A stretch of DNA of 64,000 bases from Octopus vulgaris (GCA_951406725.2 OX597822.1:115692001-115756000); one strand, 5' to 3'; numbered from the stretch's first letter, positions 40,538 to 56,150 are shown. Notes: generated by a model from the letters alone, not told the origin. Numbers and translations: made by a program.

Positions 40538-40552
40538 CTCTTTCTCTCTCTT

Positions 40553-40584
<32 letters not shown>

Positions 40585-40957
40585 TCTATCTATCTATCTA
40601 TCTATCTAGTTATCTAGCTATCTATCTATCTATCGGCATATATATGTGCATGTATATTTTATATATCTAACCCAAACTGTTTTATTTGTTTATCTGCATT
40701 ATTCTCTCTCTCTCTCTCTCGATTTATATATATACGCACTAATACTCTCTCATACACACACACACACTCTTCTCATACACACACACACACTCTTATGTTG
40801 GAGTGAGGTCATTCCACCCTATTATCTCCCCTAATTTCGCTCTTGCGTCTCATGTTTGATCTTTGACTTCTGGCCGAAATCAGATCGCCATGTTGATTCG
40901 CTAGCTTCTGCACGCATATTTTTTTCTCTCCTTCTTTCTGTGTTTTTTCTCTGTGTA

Positions 40958-40995
40958 TCTTTCTGTTGAAGAGCGTAGGCTCGAAACGTTAAAGA
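40958..40995 (+). ncRNA. Minimal PLE-type hammerhead-like motif (A6->U)
   Basis: tcttt-CTGTTGA-a-GAGC-gtag-GCTC-GAAAC-GTT-aaaga; stems I and II pair; stem III has no loop. Confidence 0.55.
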
Positions 40996-41124
40996 CTTGT
41001 TTTATTTTATATTTCCTGAGCGCCATACTAATACAATTGTTTGTTTGTATTCCACCTGCCTTCGTCTTTTGTTTATTTCCGTAAACCTGCCTTCGTCTTT
41101 TGTCTATTTTCATAAAGCTTCCCG

Positions 41125-41166
<42 letters not shown>

Positions 41167-41630
41167 GAGAGTTTCCGAAAAAGTCAAAAGACGAAGACAG
41201 GTGGTGTACAAAACAAATATATATATATATATACACACACACATATATATGTATACGCATACATATATAAATACATATATACATACATGCATACAAATTT
41301 ACATACATTGAGGAGTGTGTTGTAGTCTTATGATTTGTGACGTCAGCGATGTTCTGTCTGTTGCCTCGATGAAAGGATAACGAAATTTTAAACTTTCGTC
41401 ACGTCTGATATTTAGTTCAGTCTCTCAGTTCAATATTAGTGCGTGGTTTGTTATTTATAGATTTTTATGTTACAAGTAGTGAAAAAAAAGTTGCGCTGTT
41501 TTATCAGAGACCATTGATTAGATTACAGCACTCCTGACGGTATCGTAGCGGAGCTGAATCTCCGTTTGGCCAGTGCCACCGTTGTGACGATGCTTCATCC
41601 TTTCATAAAACATACGCAGATACATGTATA

Positions 41631-41669
<39 letters not shown>

Positions 41670-41680
41670 GTATGTGTACG

Positions 41681-41845
41681 TAGGCGTGGCTGTGTGCTAA
41701 GAAATATGCTTCCAACTACATGGTTACGAGTTCGGTCCCACTGCGTGAAACCATGGGCAAGTGTTCTTCTGCTATATTCTCCGGCTGATCAACGCCTTGT
41801 GAGTGGATTTGGTCGACGGAAACTGAAAAAGGCCCGTCGTATATT
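41681..41845 (+). mobile_element. SINE group A, 5' half
   Basis: Head and body followed by (GT)n. Confidence 0.8.
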
Positions 41846-41884
41846 TGTGTGTGTGTATGTGTGTATGTGTGTGTGTGTGTGTGG

Positions 41885-41915
<31 letters not shown>

Positions 41916-41965
41916 TGTATGTGCGTGCGTGCGCATGTGTGTGTGTTTGTATGAGTGTCATATTG

Positions 41966-42176
41966 GTTACAAATGTTGACACAAAGCCAGCACTTTCGTG
42001 AGGAGGGTAAGTCGATTACATCGATTCCAATACTCATCTGGAACTTATTTTATCGACCCCGAAAGAATGAAAGGCAAAGTCGACCTCGGCGAAGTTTGAA
42101 CTCACAAAGTAAAGACAGACGGAATGCTGCTAAGCATTTTGTCCGGCGCGCTAAGGATTTTGCCAGCTCACCGCTT
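41966..42176 (-). mobile_element. SINE group C
   Basis: Reverse complement of monomer. Confidence 0.85.
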
Positions 42177-42274
42177 GATTTTGTGTCTGTCATATTGACC
42201 AGACTAAATAATATAATAAATGCGATTACATCTGTAATAGACAAATATGTTTTATTATTGTTGCTGATTTTGTC

Positions 42275-42672
42275 AAAGCGGTGAGCTGGCAGAATCGTTA
42301 GCACGCCGGGCGAAATGCTTTGCGGTATTTCGTCTGCCGTTACGTTCTGAGTTCAAATACCGCCGAGGTCGACTTTGCCTTTTATCCTTTCGGGGTCGAT
42401 AAATTAAGTACCAGTTACGCACTGGGGTCCATATAAACGACTTAATCCGCCTGTCTCTCCTTGCTTGTCCTCTCTGTGTTTAGCCCCTTGTGGGTAGTAA
42501 AGAAATAGGTATTTCGTCTGTCTTTATGTTCTGAGTTCAAATTGCTTTGTGGTCGACTTTGCCTTTCATCGTTTCGGGGTTGATAAATTAAGTACCAGTT
42601 GCATACTGGAGCTGACCTAATCGACTGTGCCCTCCCACCAAATTTCAGGCCTTGTGCCTATAGCAGAAAGGA
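42275..42672 (+). mobile_element. Dimeric SINE group C
   Basis: Same two-body, two-tail structure as 33216-33612. Confidence 0.88.
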
Positions 42673-42689
42673 CTGTTGTTGTTTTATTA

Positions 42690-43500
42690 TTAAGTCTAAT
42701 TTTTTGGAGGTACACTCGGTGGCCCATACTAAGTACTTCCATGTCTTTTAATTCTTCGATTATTCTCAGTTTTAAAATATCATAATTATGGTTTCCGATT
42801 TCCTCATTTCCAGGTTTTAGCTTTGCTCCACATTCTTTCTCGGGTCTGTCTTTGACTATTCTGTTCTGGTTCGGAGTATTTTGCTCTTCATTGAGCAGTC
42901 CTAGCTTCTGAGTTTGTTGTGCTTCGTTATTTCGTTTTTGTTGTTATGTCTGTCTTCGTGTTTTGCATTCTCATTATTTATATCATTTTTAGGTATTCTA
43001 AGGGTGCCATATCTATTTTCGTGGAGCATTTTTGTTTTAAATGCTCTATTTCAATTTCTGATCCCTTCTTATTTTGAGGATGTATTTCCCTATATTAGTT
43101 CATTGGTGTTCATCGATGTATCTAGATCTGGGTTACATTTCTTCCACACTTTATATGAGGAAGCAGTTGTACTTTCGTTTTAAGGGTAGAATATTGCTAT
43201 ACGATAAACATGTAGGATAGAAACAAATTCTTCACGTGTCCACTTATGTTTTTTTTTTCTATATTTTATTTGTGAGACGTGGGGAGTGACGTCCGGCCCT
43301 TTATTTACGTTGTCATCATTTTCGTAGGACGTCGGTCCGATCGTTTCTGGTTTTAAAGAGTTTTGGAAGTGTAATTTTTCGTACATTTTTTGTAATAAGC
43401 ACTTCCTGTTTGTTATTTCTTGTGTTTTGATGGTGAGGGACGGAAGCGGTCTGTCGTTAAAAGGAACCATTCCCTGGCGATTGTGTTTACACGTGTTATG
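42690..43500 (-). pseudogene. N-terminal region of an R4/Dong-like ORF (decayed)
   Basis: KHKWTREEFVSILHVYRIA...P...SYKVWKKCNP...N.NEL resembles the R4/Dong N-terminal 'KWT.EE' domain as recalled. Confidence 0.6.
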
Positions 43501-43759
43501 AGAAAGTTGGAGATTGTAGACATTTGTAATACATCATTTAATTTGGAAAAATAAAAATACATTTTAATCCGTTTTACTTACTCGATTATGGTCCAACATT
43601 TTAAAAGGCCTTCTTTTTTTTTTCAGGTTTCATTTTTGAAATCTTTATTCTCGATGTTGTTGGATTGATTTCAGAACAATTGCTTTATCGTTCTCTCAGG
43701 CTAAAAGTCCCCGGTGTTCTGTTAAACGTCTTATCATCATCATCATCATCATCATTATT

Positions 43760-44281
43760 ACGGAGCGAGAGAGCACCGCATGCCATCAGTGTGACACTGA
43801 GCTAAAATATACAAAATCCAGTATACCCATCATGACTACCCGTCTGATGAGGGTACACCAGGCACTTGCATCGCAACTGTATGTGCGCGACAAGGTGGGG
43901 CCCAGTTAGAATTTTCTTCGGGTCAAGTGGCCTAAACGACTCAAAAGGTCCCTGAATAAGGTTTGTTTAAAGATGTTGAACGAAACACCCATATTTCCAG
44001 AGGTGAATTATCCAAACCCCATAGAATCCCTCTTAACACATGGCTATGATGCTCTCCCACTACTTCTTCTCGTGATCAGAGATGCACATATCGTCAGCCA
44101 CCAAAGGACATGCTCAACTGGTTAAGGTCAAACAACTGGGAAGCAAATCTGTGGTATTGAGCAGAATATTTGCTTTACACCATCTTTTATACCAAAACAA
44201 AACAATGTAGATGATAACACTTCCAATCAGTTAAGATAAGAAGCTATGAGAGCCACTGCCTGGTACTGCAAAAGGGCATTT
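43760..44281 (-). mobile_element. Family D element, copy extending furthest 5'
   Basis: Reverse complement of 26623-27130 plus ~55 extra 5' nt; flanked by (ATT)n/(ATC)n. Confidence 0.85.
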
Positions 44282-44321
44282 ATTATTATTATTATTATTA
44301 TTATAATTATTTTTATTATTA

Positions 44322-44444
<123 letters not shown>

Positions 44445-44623
44445 TATGTTTGACTTTTGCTTTATATTTGTACAAGTTGGCTCCAAGTCTCACCCAGAGA
44501 CCTCAAGAGACAACAGGGTTGGAAGTTCATGTTGTTGTTATGCCTAGTGTGCCATATATTTGGGGGGTGGGGATGTTGTACTAATGAATGTCTAAAAAAA
44601 AAAGTTTTTTTAAACTTTTTTAA

Positions 44624-44706
<83 letters not shown>

Positions 44707-45051
44707 GAGTGAGAGAGCAGTGCATGCCATCAAAGTGACACTGGGTTACAAATATACGAAGCCCAGTATACACATCATGACTACCCGTCTCATAAGGGTA
44801 CGCCAGGCACATGCATCACAACCATATGTGCGCGACATGGTGATCGCATATCAAGATAAACAACGCATGACCTTGCGGGTGGGGCCCAGTTAGAATTTTC
44901 TTCAGGTTGGGTAACCCATCCCACTCAAAAGGTCCCTGATTAAGGGTTGTTTAAGGATGTTGAATGAAACACCCATGTTTCCAGAGGTGAATCATTCAAA
45001 CCCCAAAGAATCCCTCTCAACACATGGCTATGATGCTCCACCACTACTTCT
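44707..45051 (-). mobile_element. Family D element, 5'-truncated
   Basis: Same 3' end; (ATT)n on both sides. Confidence 0.85.
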
Positions 45052-45057
45052 ATTATA

Positions 45058-46790
<1,733 letters not shown>

Positions 46791-46975
46791 CTATAATCAT
46801 TATTAACATAAATAAGGTGTAACAACCATATGGCTGTTAATTAACATTGAATGTTTAGCATTCTGATATGTAATCGGAGCAAAACACAGACGAAATCATT
46901 TTCATTACAAAATGCGCCAAAGGAACGCCAGAAATCGTATCCACACACGCATATGCACACTCACACATATTTGTG

Positions 46976-47044
<69 letters not shown>

Positions 47045-47368
47045 ATATGTGTGTATACGTGTGTTAGTATGTGTGGGTATGTATGTATGTATAAATATGT
47101 ACATATATGAAGATATATCTATATGTATACATATGTATGTATGTATGTATGTACGTATAAGGTCTATATCTATGTATATTTCGTGGTAGTGGATGCCACT
47201 GGGGTACCTATATATATTCTAGAAGCTTGTCTCTTGAGGTAAACTGGAAAAGAACCAGTTTAAAAAGGTTGATGAAATGTGCTTAAGTATTGTACGTAAA
47301 TCTAATATGAATTTATCACGTCACATAGCTGGAGACAGTAGTACTGTCAGTGTAGGTGGCGGTGGCGT

Positions 47369-47446
<78 letters not shown>

Positions 47447-48002
47447 CTGTTGGAGGTCATATAGCGCGATTATAAACACTAGAAACAGACAAAACAAATG
47501 GGATTAAGATAAGAATAACGAAACATACCCCTAAAACATGGGGTTGTTACGTTGCGATTTATGAGGCGGAGGCGAGAAATAATTTGAGTGTGAAGTGTAA
47601 TAAAATCGCTGTAAGAAGAGAAGATAGTGTAATTGGTAAAGTGTTGGAGGACAAAGCTGTGAAGATAAGGGATTTAATCAGACGAGAGGATTGGATTTCA
47701 CTTGATACGGTCTTTTTGTGCAATACGTTGAAATGTTTGGCTAAATACACAACGTTTACGGCAAATACTTCGCTCTTTTCTTTGGTATATTTTTCATGGA
47801 TAATTTTCAGGTTGATATCGACTATGTGGGCTCGAGAGGAATGCCATGAATTATCTGTGCATGTGCATATATGTGCGGGCATTTGAGACTATAGGGCTAA
47901 GTGCTTCATGGATGTGAAACAACAGGTCACTCTCTGAGAGGCTATGACTAGCAATCTTTAGGATATTCCTGCTCAAGTGTTTTAGAGCGTGCCTCTCCTT
48001 TA

Positions 48003-48499
48003 CGAGTGTTATCATGTACATGTTTTGTCATGGAATAATAGATGGACTACGGCAAATATTCTGCTCAATACCACAGATATGCTTGTCAGTTGCTTGACCT
48101 TAACCAGTGACCATGTCCCTTAGTGGCTGACGATATGTGCATCTCTGATCACGAGCAGAAGTAGTGGGGGAGCATCATAGCCATGTTTGAGAAGAATTCT
48201 TTGGGATTTGAATAATTCACCTCCAGAAATATGGGCGTTTTGTTCAGCATCCTTAAACAAGCCTTATTCAAGGACCTTCAGGTCGGGATGGGCTACTCGG
48301 CCTGAAGAAAATTCTAACTGGGCCCCATCTGCAAGGTCATGCGCTGTTTATCTTGATATGAGATCACCATGTCACGCACATAAAGTTGTGATGCATGTTC
48401 CTCGTGTACTCTTATGAGACGGGTACTCATGATGTGTATACTGGACTTCGTATATTTTACCCCAGTGTCACTTTGATGACATGCACTGCTCTCTCACTC

Positions 48500-48500
<1 letters not shown>
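48003..48500 (+). mobile_element. Family D element
   Basis: Ends ctctctcactc(aat)n. Confidence 0.85.
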
Positions 48501-48559
<59 letters not shown>

Positions 48560-48707
48560 AAGAAGAAGAGGAAGAAGAAGAGGAGGAGGAAGAAGAGGAA
48601 TAGGAGGAGGAGGAGGAGGAGAAGAAGAAGAAGAAGAAGAAGAAGAAGAAGAAGAAGAAGAAGAAGAAGAAGAAGAAGAAGAAGAAGAAGAAGAAGAAGA
48701 AGAAGAA

Positions 48708-49130
48708 GATGGAGTACAAATATTTGCTGGTCAGTTGAGGGTGTCTGTTAACCAGTTGAGTGTTTCTCTTAGTGGCTGACAATATGTGCATCTCTGATCA
48801 TGAGTAGGAGTGGTGTTGAGAGGAATTCTTTGAGGGTTGAATAATTCACCTCTGGAATCATGGGTGTTTCGTTCATCATCCTTAAACAACCCTTATTCAG
48901 TGACCTTTTGAATGGGATGGGCTACTTGACCTGGAGAAATTATAACTGGGTCCCACTTGCAACGTCATGCATTGTTTATCTTGATACGGGATCACAATGC
49001 ACCTACGTATGGTTGCAATGCCTGTGCCAGGAGTATCCTTATCAGACGGGTAGTCATGATGGGTATATTGGGCTTCATGGTGCGTATATTGCCCCAGTGT
49101 CACTTTGATGGCATGCGCTGCTCTCACTCG
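48708..49130 (+). mobile_element. Family D element (more decayed), tandem to the previous copy
   Basis: Ends ctctcactc(gat)n. Confidence 0.8.
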
Positions 49131-49623
49131 ATGATGATGATCATGATTCTGATCATAATATACAAAACAGAGAGATACAGGATGTTTATGGATTGTGTAA
49201 TTCAATGCATGTTTGCAGCCAGGAACAGAATTGTTGTTTTTTTCAGTAAATTACTAATAAGTCGCGGTAATACAAGAACCAATATTTACAGGATTTCATG
49301 GATGTGAGTGTTGACGTAGACCGGCAGTCTGTACATAAAAAGCCCATCCTTGTACAGAACAGCACTCCATTGTATCCCATCCAAAGTACAATGAAATCAT
49401 ATTTACGTAAACTGCACATGAGTCCTTGTATGGTTGTAAGGTGAAGAGTTTAAAGTTTGCAAACACCCGGTTCTGGGTTCGACCCACTGAAAGGTACCTC
49501 AGATATACCCTTAGTTTCAACAAATGCATCTTTTACTCTCTTGTGTGAAATTTTCTTGTGTGGAATTTCGGCTTACAAAAACTCTGCAGTAGTCCGCCTT
49601 TTGAGAGAGATAGACAGAGAGAA

Positions 49624-49690
<67 letters not shown>

Positions 49691-49824
49691 ATTTTTTCCA
49701 AATATGTGTGAATGTGTGTAGAATAATATATCAGTTGAATAAAGTTGAAACATTGTCTGGTTTTCATGTTTTTTATTATGGTATTTTAACATTAAAAATA
49801 TATTTTGTAATGTTCATAAAGTTC

Positions 49825-49865
49825 AATTAGCACTTTCATACGTTCGTAGTAATCATCAGATTTCA
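49825..49865 (-). ncRNA. Degenerate hammerhead-like motif downstream of the PLE ORF
   Basis: Minus strand aat-CTGATGA-ttac...gtat-GAAAG-TG-CTA-att; weak stems. Confidence 0.4.
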
Positions 49866-50199
49866 AAATGTACTTAACTGACAGTTGAGTTCTTTGCAAC
49901 TGTAGTACCTCTTAGAACGCTCCAACAAGCTGAATTTTTGGAATATAGTTTTGACCAATCCGCATGCATCTTAAATGTCACGGTTTGCCAGGTGTACCGA
50001 TATTACTGGCATAGATCCCGCCTTTAGTTTTAACCAATTAGCTTGCGGTTTACATGAAATGGATTTATGAGGGAGCAAACTTAGTTGGTTTCGATCGTTT
50101 TTTATTTCAGTTGGTGGGGAGTTTTCTGTAATTCGCTTATATTCATATGTTAAAGATATTTTTTAATCCACATCATTAACTGGTTGTTATATTATTGTT

Positions 50200-51000
50200 G
50201 TTATTTCCGTTCAAGTTTGAACATTTTAATAAACCATTTTTCTTTTATCTTTCTTCCGACTTCACTTGTGCCATGTAGTTTGTAGAAAGGAAAAATTAGA
50301 AACATTTTCTGACCATGTGTTTCTATACATTCGCTCAATGGAATTTGGCAAACATCAGTGTTCCGGATTTCTTGTCTGTAGACTCGTGAGCCTTCCGATA
50401 ATGTATTCCCTGTCTCACCAATATATAGTTCCTCGCAATTCATATCTGCGTTTGTGAAAATCTGTCCATTTTTTGCTCCAATGGATCTTCCCGTCTGCAT
50501 GCATTGACACGTTCCACATCTGTTTCCATTTCGCTTGGATACTGTGAATGTTTTGTCCAGTTTTTTCATGTCGAACTTTACCTTTAGTCGTTTCTTTAGG
50601 TTATGTGGTTGCCTTTTGCTTAAGGTAAGTGTTTGATTAGTAATTGTTCTTTTTTTAATTGTTCACTCTGTTTCATGATTGGCAAATTTGTTTTGTTGGT
50701 GTTAAAAATGTTTTGGTGGTGCGGATTGTGTGTTACTAGAAATGATATTGTGTTCTGTTGACGGGTTCGTCTTTCTCGTGTTGCCCTAAGTTGTTCTATA
50801 GTCATCTCTTTTGCTCGTTATATTCTATTTTCTATAAGTAGGAGAGGGTAATTTTGCTTGAGCAGAAATCCTTTGCGTTCTATAAGCTATGTGTTCCTAG
50901 TATTTGGATCATCGACTATAGTACAAATTTTCCCGGCTAAATAGTATGGGATGTTGCGTTTTGTGTATGTTAGGTGGTATGATTTGAAATTTAGGTATTT
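50200..51000 (-). pseudogene. Penelope-like element (Neptune-like) fragment: RT thumb, Zn-finger linker, GIY-YIG endonuclease
   Basis: HTKRNIPY..., KRQPHNLKKRL, NRCGTC, CEELYIGETGNTL, RKIKEKWFIK; frameshifted. Confidence 0.85.
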
Positions 51001-51129
51001 GTGTGTGCATGTATGCATGTGTGTATGTATGCACATACGTACGCATGTATGTACTATGTACGCATGTATGCATGTATGTATCTATGTATGTCCATGTATG
51101 TATGCATGTATGTATGAATGTGTGCGTAC

Positions 51130-51160
<31 letters not shown>

Positions 51161-51780
51161 TGTATGTATGTATGTATGTATGTATGTATGTATGTATGTA
51201 TGTATGCGTATGTATATATGCTTGTGTCAGGTCGCTCTTGGGCGCTACTGGTAACATGTAACCCAGTACAACCTGTCGCATGGTCGGCTCATCGGCGACT
51301 AAACCGGCAACCTCATCAAGTATTCTTGGTGAGGAGAGTGGTTGTTGGATACCCTGCAGGACGAAAATTAAGACCTGTCAATGTGAGGAAGAGCATATGA
51401 GTTGTCAATGGCCATGTATGTATGCGCGGGATGTATGGGTTGGTGGTTCCGGCTTGCGGTTGGCTCGCTGAGTGTAGGAGGCCCCTCTGTTGTTGTCACA
51501 ACATCTCTCTAGGACAGGCAAACTTTGAGAGAAAACCTGCGACATTGAGAATATTCGATGATGTTGACTAGTTCTGCTTTTCGAATTTATTTTGCCCATG
51601 TTCAGGGAATGGGATTGGCTTTGTGCAAATCCTTTCCCCACCATAAAAGATCATCATGCACAGGCATCGTTTGGAAGAATAAATGTAAGCTCTATTACAA
51701 AAATGGCTGGTCGCAGCCTTCGCATGTGTGGAACCTTCGATCAGGCAATGGCAATACTCGCACACGAGTTTACAGCTGTC

Positions 51781-54140
51781 ATGTATGCATGTATGTATGT
51801 ATGTATGTATGTATGTATGTATGTATGTATGTATGTATGTATGTATGTATGTATGTATGTATGTATGTATGTATGTATGTATGTATGTATGTATGTATGT
51901 GTATGTATGTATGTATGTATGTATGTATGTATGTATGTATGTATGTATGTATCATATGTATGTATGTATGTATGTATGTATGTTTGTATGTATGTATGTA
52001 TGTATGTATGTTTGTATGTATGTATGTATGTATGTATTTTTGTATGTATGTATGTATGTATGTATGTATGTATGTATGTATGTATGTATGTAGTATGTAT
52101 GCATGTATGTATGTATGTATGTATGTATGTATGTATGTATGTATGTATGTATGTATGTATGTATGTATGTATGTATGTATGTATGTATGTATGTATGTTT
52201 GTATGTATGTATGTATGTATGTATGTATGTATGTATGTATGTATGTATGTATGTATGTATGTATGTATGTATGTATGTATGTATGTATGTATGTATGTAT
52301 GTATGTATGTATGTATGTATGTATGTATGTATGTATGTATGTATGTATGTATGTATGTATGTATGTATGTATGTATGTATGTATGTATGTATGTATGTAT
52401 GTATGTATGTATGTATGTATGTATGTATGTATGCATGTATGTATGTATGTATGTATGTATGTATGTATGCATGTATGTATGTATGTATGCATGTATGTAT
52501 GCATGTATGTACGTATGTATGTATGTATGTATGTATGTATGTATGTATGTATGTATGTATGTATGTATGTATGTATGTATGTATGCATGTATGTATGTAT
52601 GTATGTATGTATGTATGTATGTATGTATGTATGTGTATGTATGTATGTATGTATGTATGTATGTATGTATGTATGTATGTATGTATGTATGTATGTATGT
52701 ATGTATGTATGTATGTATGTATGTATGTATGTATGTATGTATGTATGTATGTATGTATGTATGTATGTATGTATGTATGTATGTATGTATGTATGTATGT
52801 ATGTATGTATGTATGTATGTATGTATGTATGTATGTATGTATGTATGTATGTATGTATGTATGTATGTATGTATGTATGTATGTATGTATGTATGTATGT
52901 ATGTATGTATGTATGTATGTATGTATGTATGTATGTATGTATGTATGTATGTATGTATGTATGTATGTATGTATGTATGTATGTATGTATGTATGTATGT
53001 ATGTATGTATGTATGTATGTATGTATGTATGTATGTATGTATGTATGTATGTATGTATGTATGTATGTATGTATGTATGTATGTATGTATGTATGTATGT
53101 ATGTATGTATGTATGTATGTATGTATGTATGTATGTATGTATGTATGTATGTATGTATGTATGTATGTATGTATGTATGTATGTATGTATGTATGTATGT
53201 ATGTATGTATGTATGTATGTATGTATGTATGTATGTATGTATGTATGTATGTATGTATGTATGTATGTATGTATGTATGTATGTATGTATGTATGTATGT
53301 ATGTATGTATGTATGTATGTATGTATGTATGTATGTATGTATGTATGTATGTATGTATGTATGTATGTATGTATGTATGTATGTATGTATGTATGTATGT
53401 ATGTATGTATGTATGTATGTATGTATGTATGTATGTATGTATGTATGTATGTATGTATGTATGTATGTATGTATGTATGTATGTATGTATGTATGTATGT
53501 ATGTATGTATGTATGTATGTATGTATGTATGTATGTATGTTTGTATGTATGTATGTATGCATGTTTGTATGTATGTATGTATGTATGCATGTTTGTATGT
53601 ATGTATGTATGTATGCATGTATGTACGTATGTATGTATGTATGTATGTACGTACGTATGTATGTATGTATGTATGTATGTATGTATGTATGTATGTATGT
53701 ATGCATGTATGTATGTATGTATGTATGTATGCATGTATGTATGCATGTATGTACGTATGTATGTATGTATGTATGTATGCATGTTTGTATGTATGTATGT
53801 ATGCATGTTTGTATGTATGTATGTATGTATGCATGTATGTACGTATGTATGTATGTATGTATGTACGTACGTATGTATGTATGTCTGTATGTATGTATGC
53901 ATGTTTGTATGTATGTATGTATGTATGTATGTATGTATGTTTGTATGTATGTATGTATGCATGTATGTATGTATGTATGCATGTTTGTATGTATGTATGT
54001 ATGTTTGTATGTATGTATGTATGTATGCATGTTTGTATGTATGTATGTATGTATGCATGTATGTACGTATGTATGTATGTATGTATGTACGTACGTATGT
54101 ATGTATGTATGTATGTATCTTTGTATGTATGTATGTATGT
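51781..54140. repeat. Giant (TATG)n array, ~2.36 kb
   Basis: ~900-bp perfect core (~52635-53540) with variant-rich flanks. Confidence 0.98.
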
Positions 54141-54597
54141 CGGCATGATGTTTGCTTTTCGAACGAAATCGCTTGCAATCAATTTTCGATGCTTCATTTG
54201 CCACTCTCAGCATCATAATTACAATGAAACAGATCCTTGGTTCGCCCAATAGACGTCCGTTAATTACATTGCAATTATACTGTGGATCCATATATCGTTC
54301 ATGAATTCATCTTCATACATTTTGTCAGCAGAGTAAATTCAGCGCTTAATATTATATATATATTTTTTTATTCTCAAAGCAAACATACCTCATTTGATTA
54401 ACAATTAAAAAGATATTCAAAGGTGACATTAACGTCATAATTATTCTATACATGCATGACAAACAAATCAAAATCATTTTTGATAATAGAATCACAAAAA
54501 TTTACAGTAAAAAGATAAAACTGTTATAAATTAATGAAGGAACAGGTGAAAACATATGAGTAACGCATTGAAATAATTTAGTTGTTCGCTTATTTTT

Positions 54598-55040
54598 TAT
54601 ATGTATGTATATATGTATTTATATGTACATCTGTATGTTTGTATGTACGTATGTATGTATATGTGTATACACGAATGTATGTGTGCATGTATAAATATGA
54701 ATGTAGTTATGTATGTATATGTATATGTATGCATGTATGTATGTATGTATGTATGTATGTATGTATGTATGTATGTATGTATGTATGCATGTATGTATGT
54801 ATGTATGTATGTATGTATGCATGTATGTATGTATGTATGTATGTATGTATGTATGTATGTATGTATGCATGTATGTACGTATGTATGTATGTATGTATAT
54901 ATCATATGTATGTATGTATGTATGTACCATATGTATGTATGTATGAATGTATGTATGTATGTATGTATATACGTATATATGTACGTATGAATGCATGTAT
55001 GTATGTACATGTGTATATATGCATGCATATATACATCTAT
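54598..55040. repeat. Degenerate (TATG)n
   Basis: Tandem repeat. Confidence 0.93.
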
Positions 55041-55466
55041 GCGCTTGTTAATTTTTTGAATTTTGAAGCGTTAAATTCTTGCTGCACTAAATTTTTCTTT
55101 TTCCGACGTTGCATTTCAGTTTGACGATATTCCGCTACGTTTTTACTTCCATTCCTGATTGTTCCACTTAAAACATTTCCGAAGAATTCCAAATCGTTCG
55201 AAGGGATTTTTGTCACTGAATTTCGACTGTTTATTTTGTTTCTTGATGTCGTTAAATGTTTTTTATACATTTCAAAAAAAAAATACCGATTGCACTAATT
55301 TTATTTTTTAACTTTCGTTTTGATCGGCAATAATATATATAACTTATTCAATCTTTGAATAGGGACTTAATAAAAATAACGTTTGTCGATTAATCTATTC
55401 TGTGGATAAAATGTATGAGGATGAAATTGAATGACGAGATATTTGGCTTAACGATTAATTGACCTG

Positions 55467-55517
<51 letters not shown>

Positions 55518-55534
55518 CCATACCTTGCCTGAAA

Positions 55535-56150
55535 ATTAACTGACGATAAGGTTCCTTCGCGATTAAATCATCGGGTGATGAATATACCGAGAGATTAAAT
55601 TACAAGGAATAAAATTACCAGGCGATGAATTTTCCAAGTGATCGCATTACCAGGAGATGAAGTTACTAAGCGATCTGAACACCAGACGATAAAATTAGCA
55701 AGCAATGAAATTGCCAGGAGATGATATTAATGGTGGTAATTACCGGCGATGAGATTATCAGGCGATGTGATTATCAGGCGATGGAACTCCCAGACAAGGA
55801 AATTATCGGGTGAGGGAATTACCAAGCAATGTAATTACCAGGTGATGAAATTGCCAGTGTATGAAATTAAAAGCAACGTAGTTACCAGGTGATATAATTA
55901 CCAGACAAGAAAATTACCAAGTAATGAAATTGTCTGGTGATCAAATTAAAGGCGAAGCAATTACCAGGTGAGGAAATTACTAAGCGATGAAATTACTTGT
56001 TGATGAAATTACCAGGCGATGAATTTTGCTGGCGATGAAATTACCAAGTGATGAAAATTATCAGGCGATGAAATGATCAGATGTAATTACCAGGTGATGA
56101 AATTACAGGTGTTGTATTAATCCTGATGAAATTACCCGTGATGAACTTAC
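55535..56150. repeat. Degenerate 16-bp minisatellite (consensus ~GGCGATGAAATTACCA), roughly 35 units
   Basis: Recurrent aaattacca-ggcgatg units with ~16-bp period. Confidence 0.9.

Noticed and set aside
43838-43865. CTGATGA hammerhead-like motif in family D
   Set aside because: Other copies mostly read ctgataa or ctcataa, and no GAAA/stem III follows.
47559-47886. Overlapping ~100-aa ORFs in unique sequence
   Set aside because: No recognisable domain or convincing splice sites.
51558-54291. 680-886 aa ORFs in several frames
   Set aside because: Translations of the stop-free (TATG)n array.
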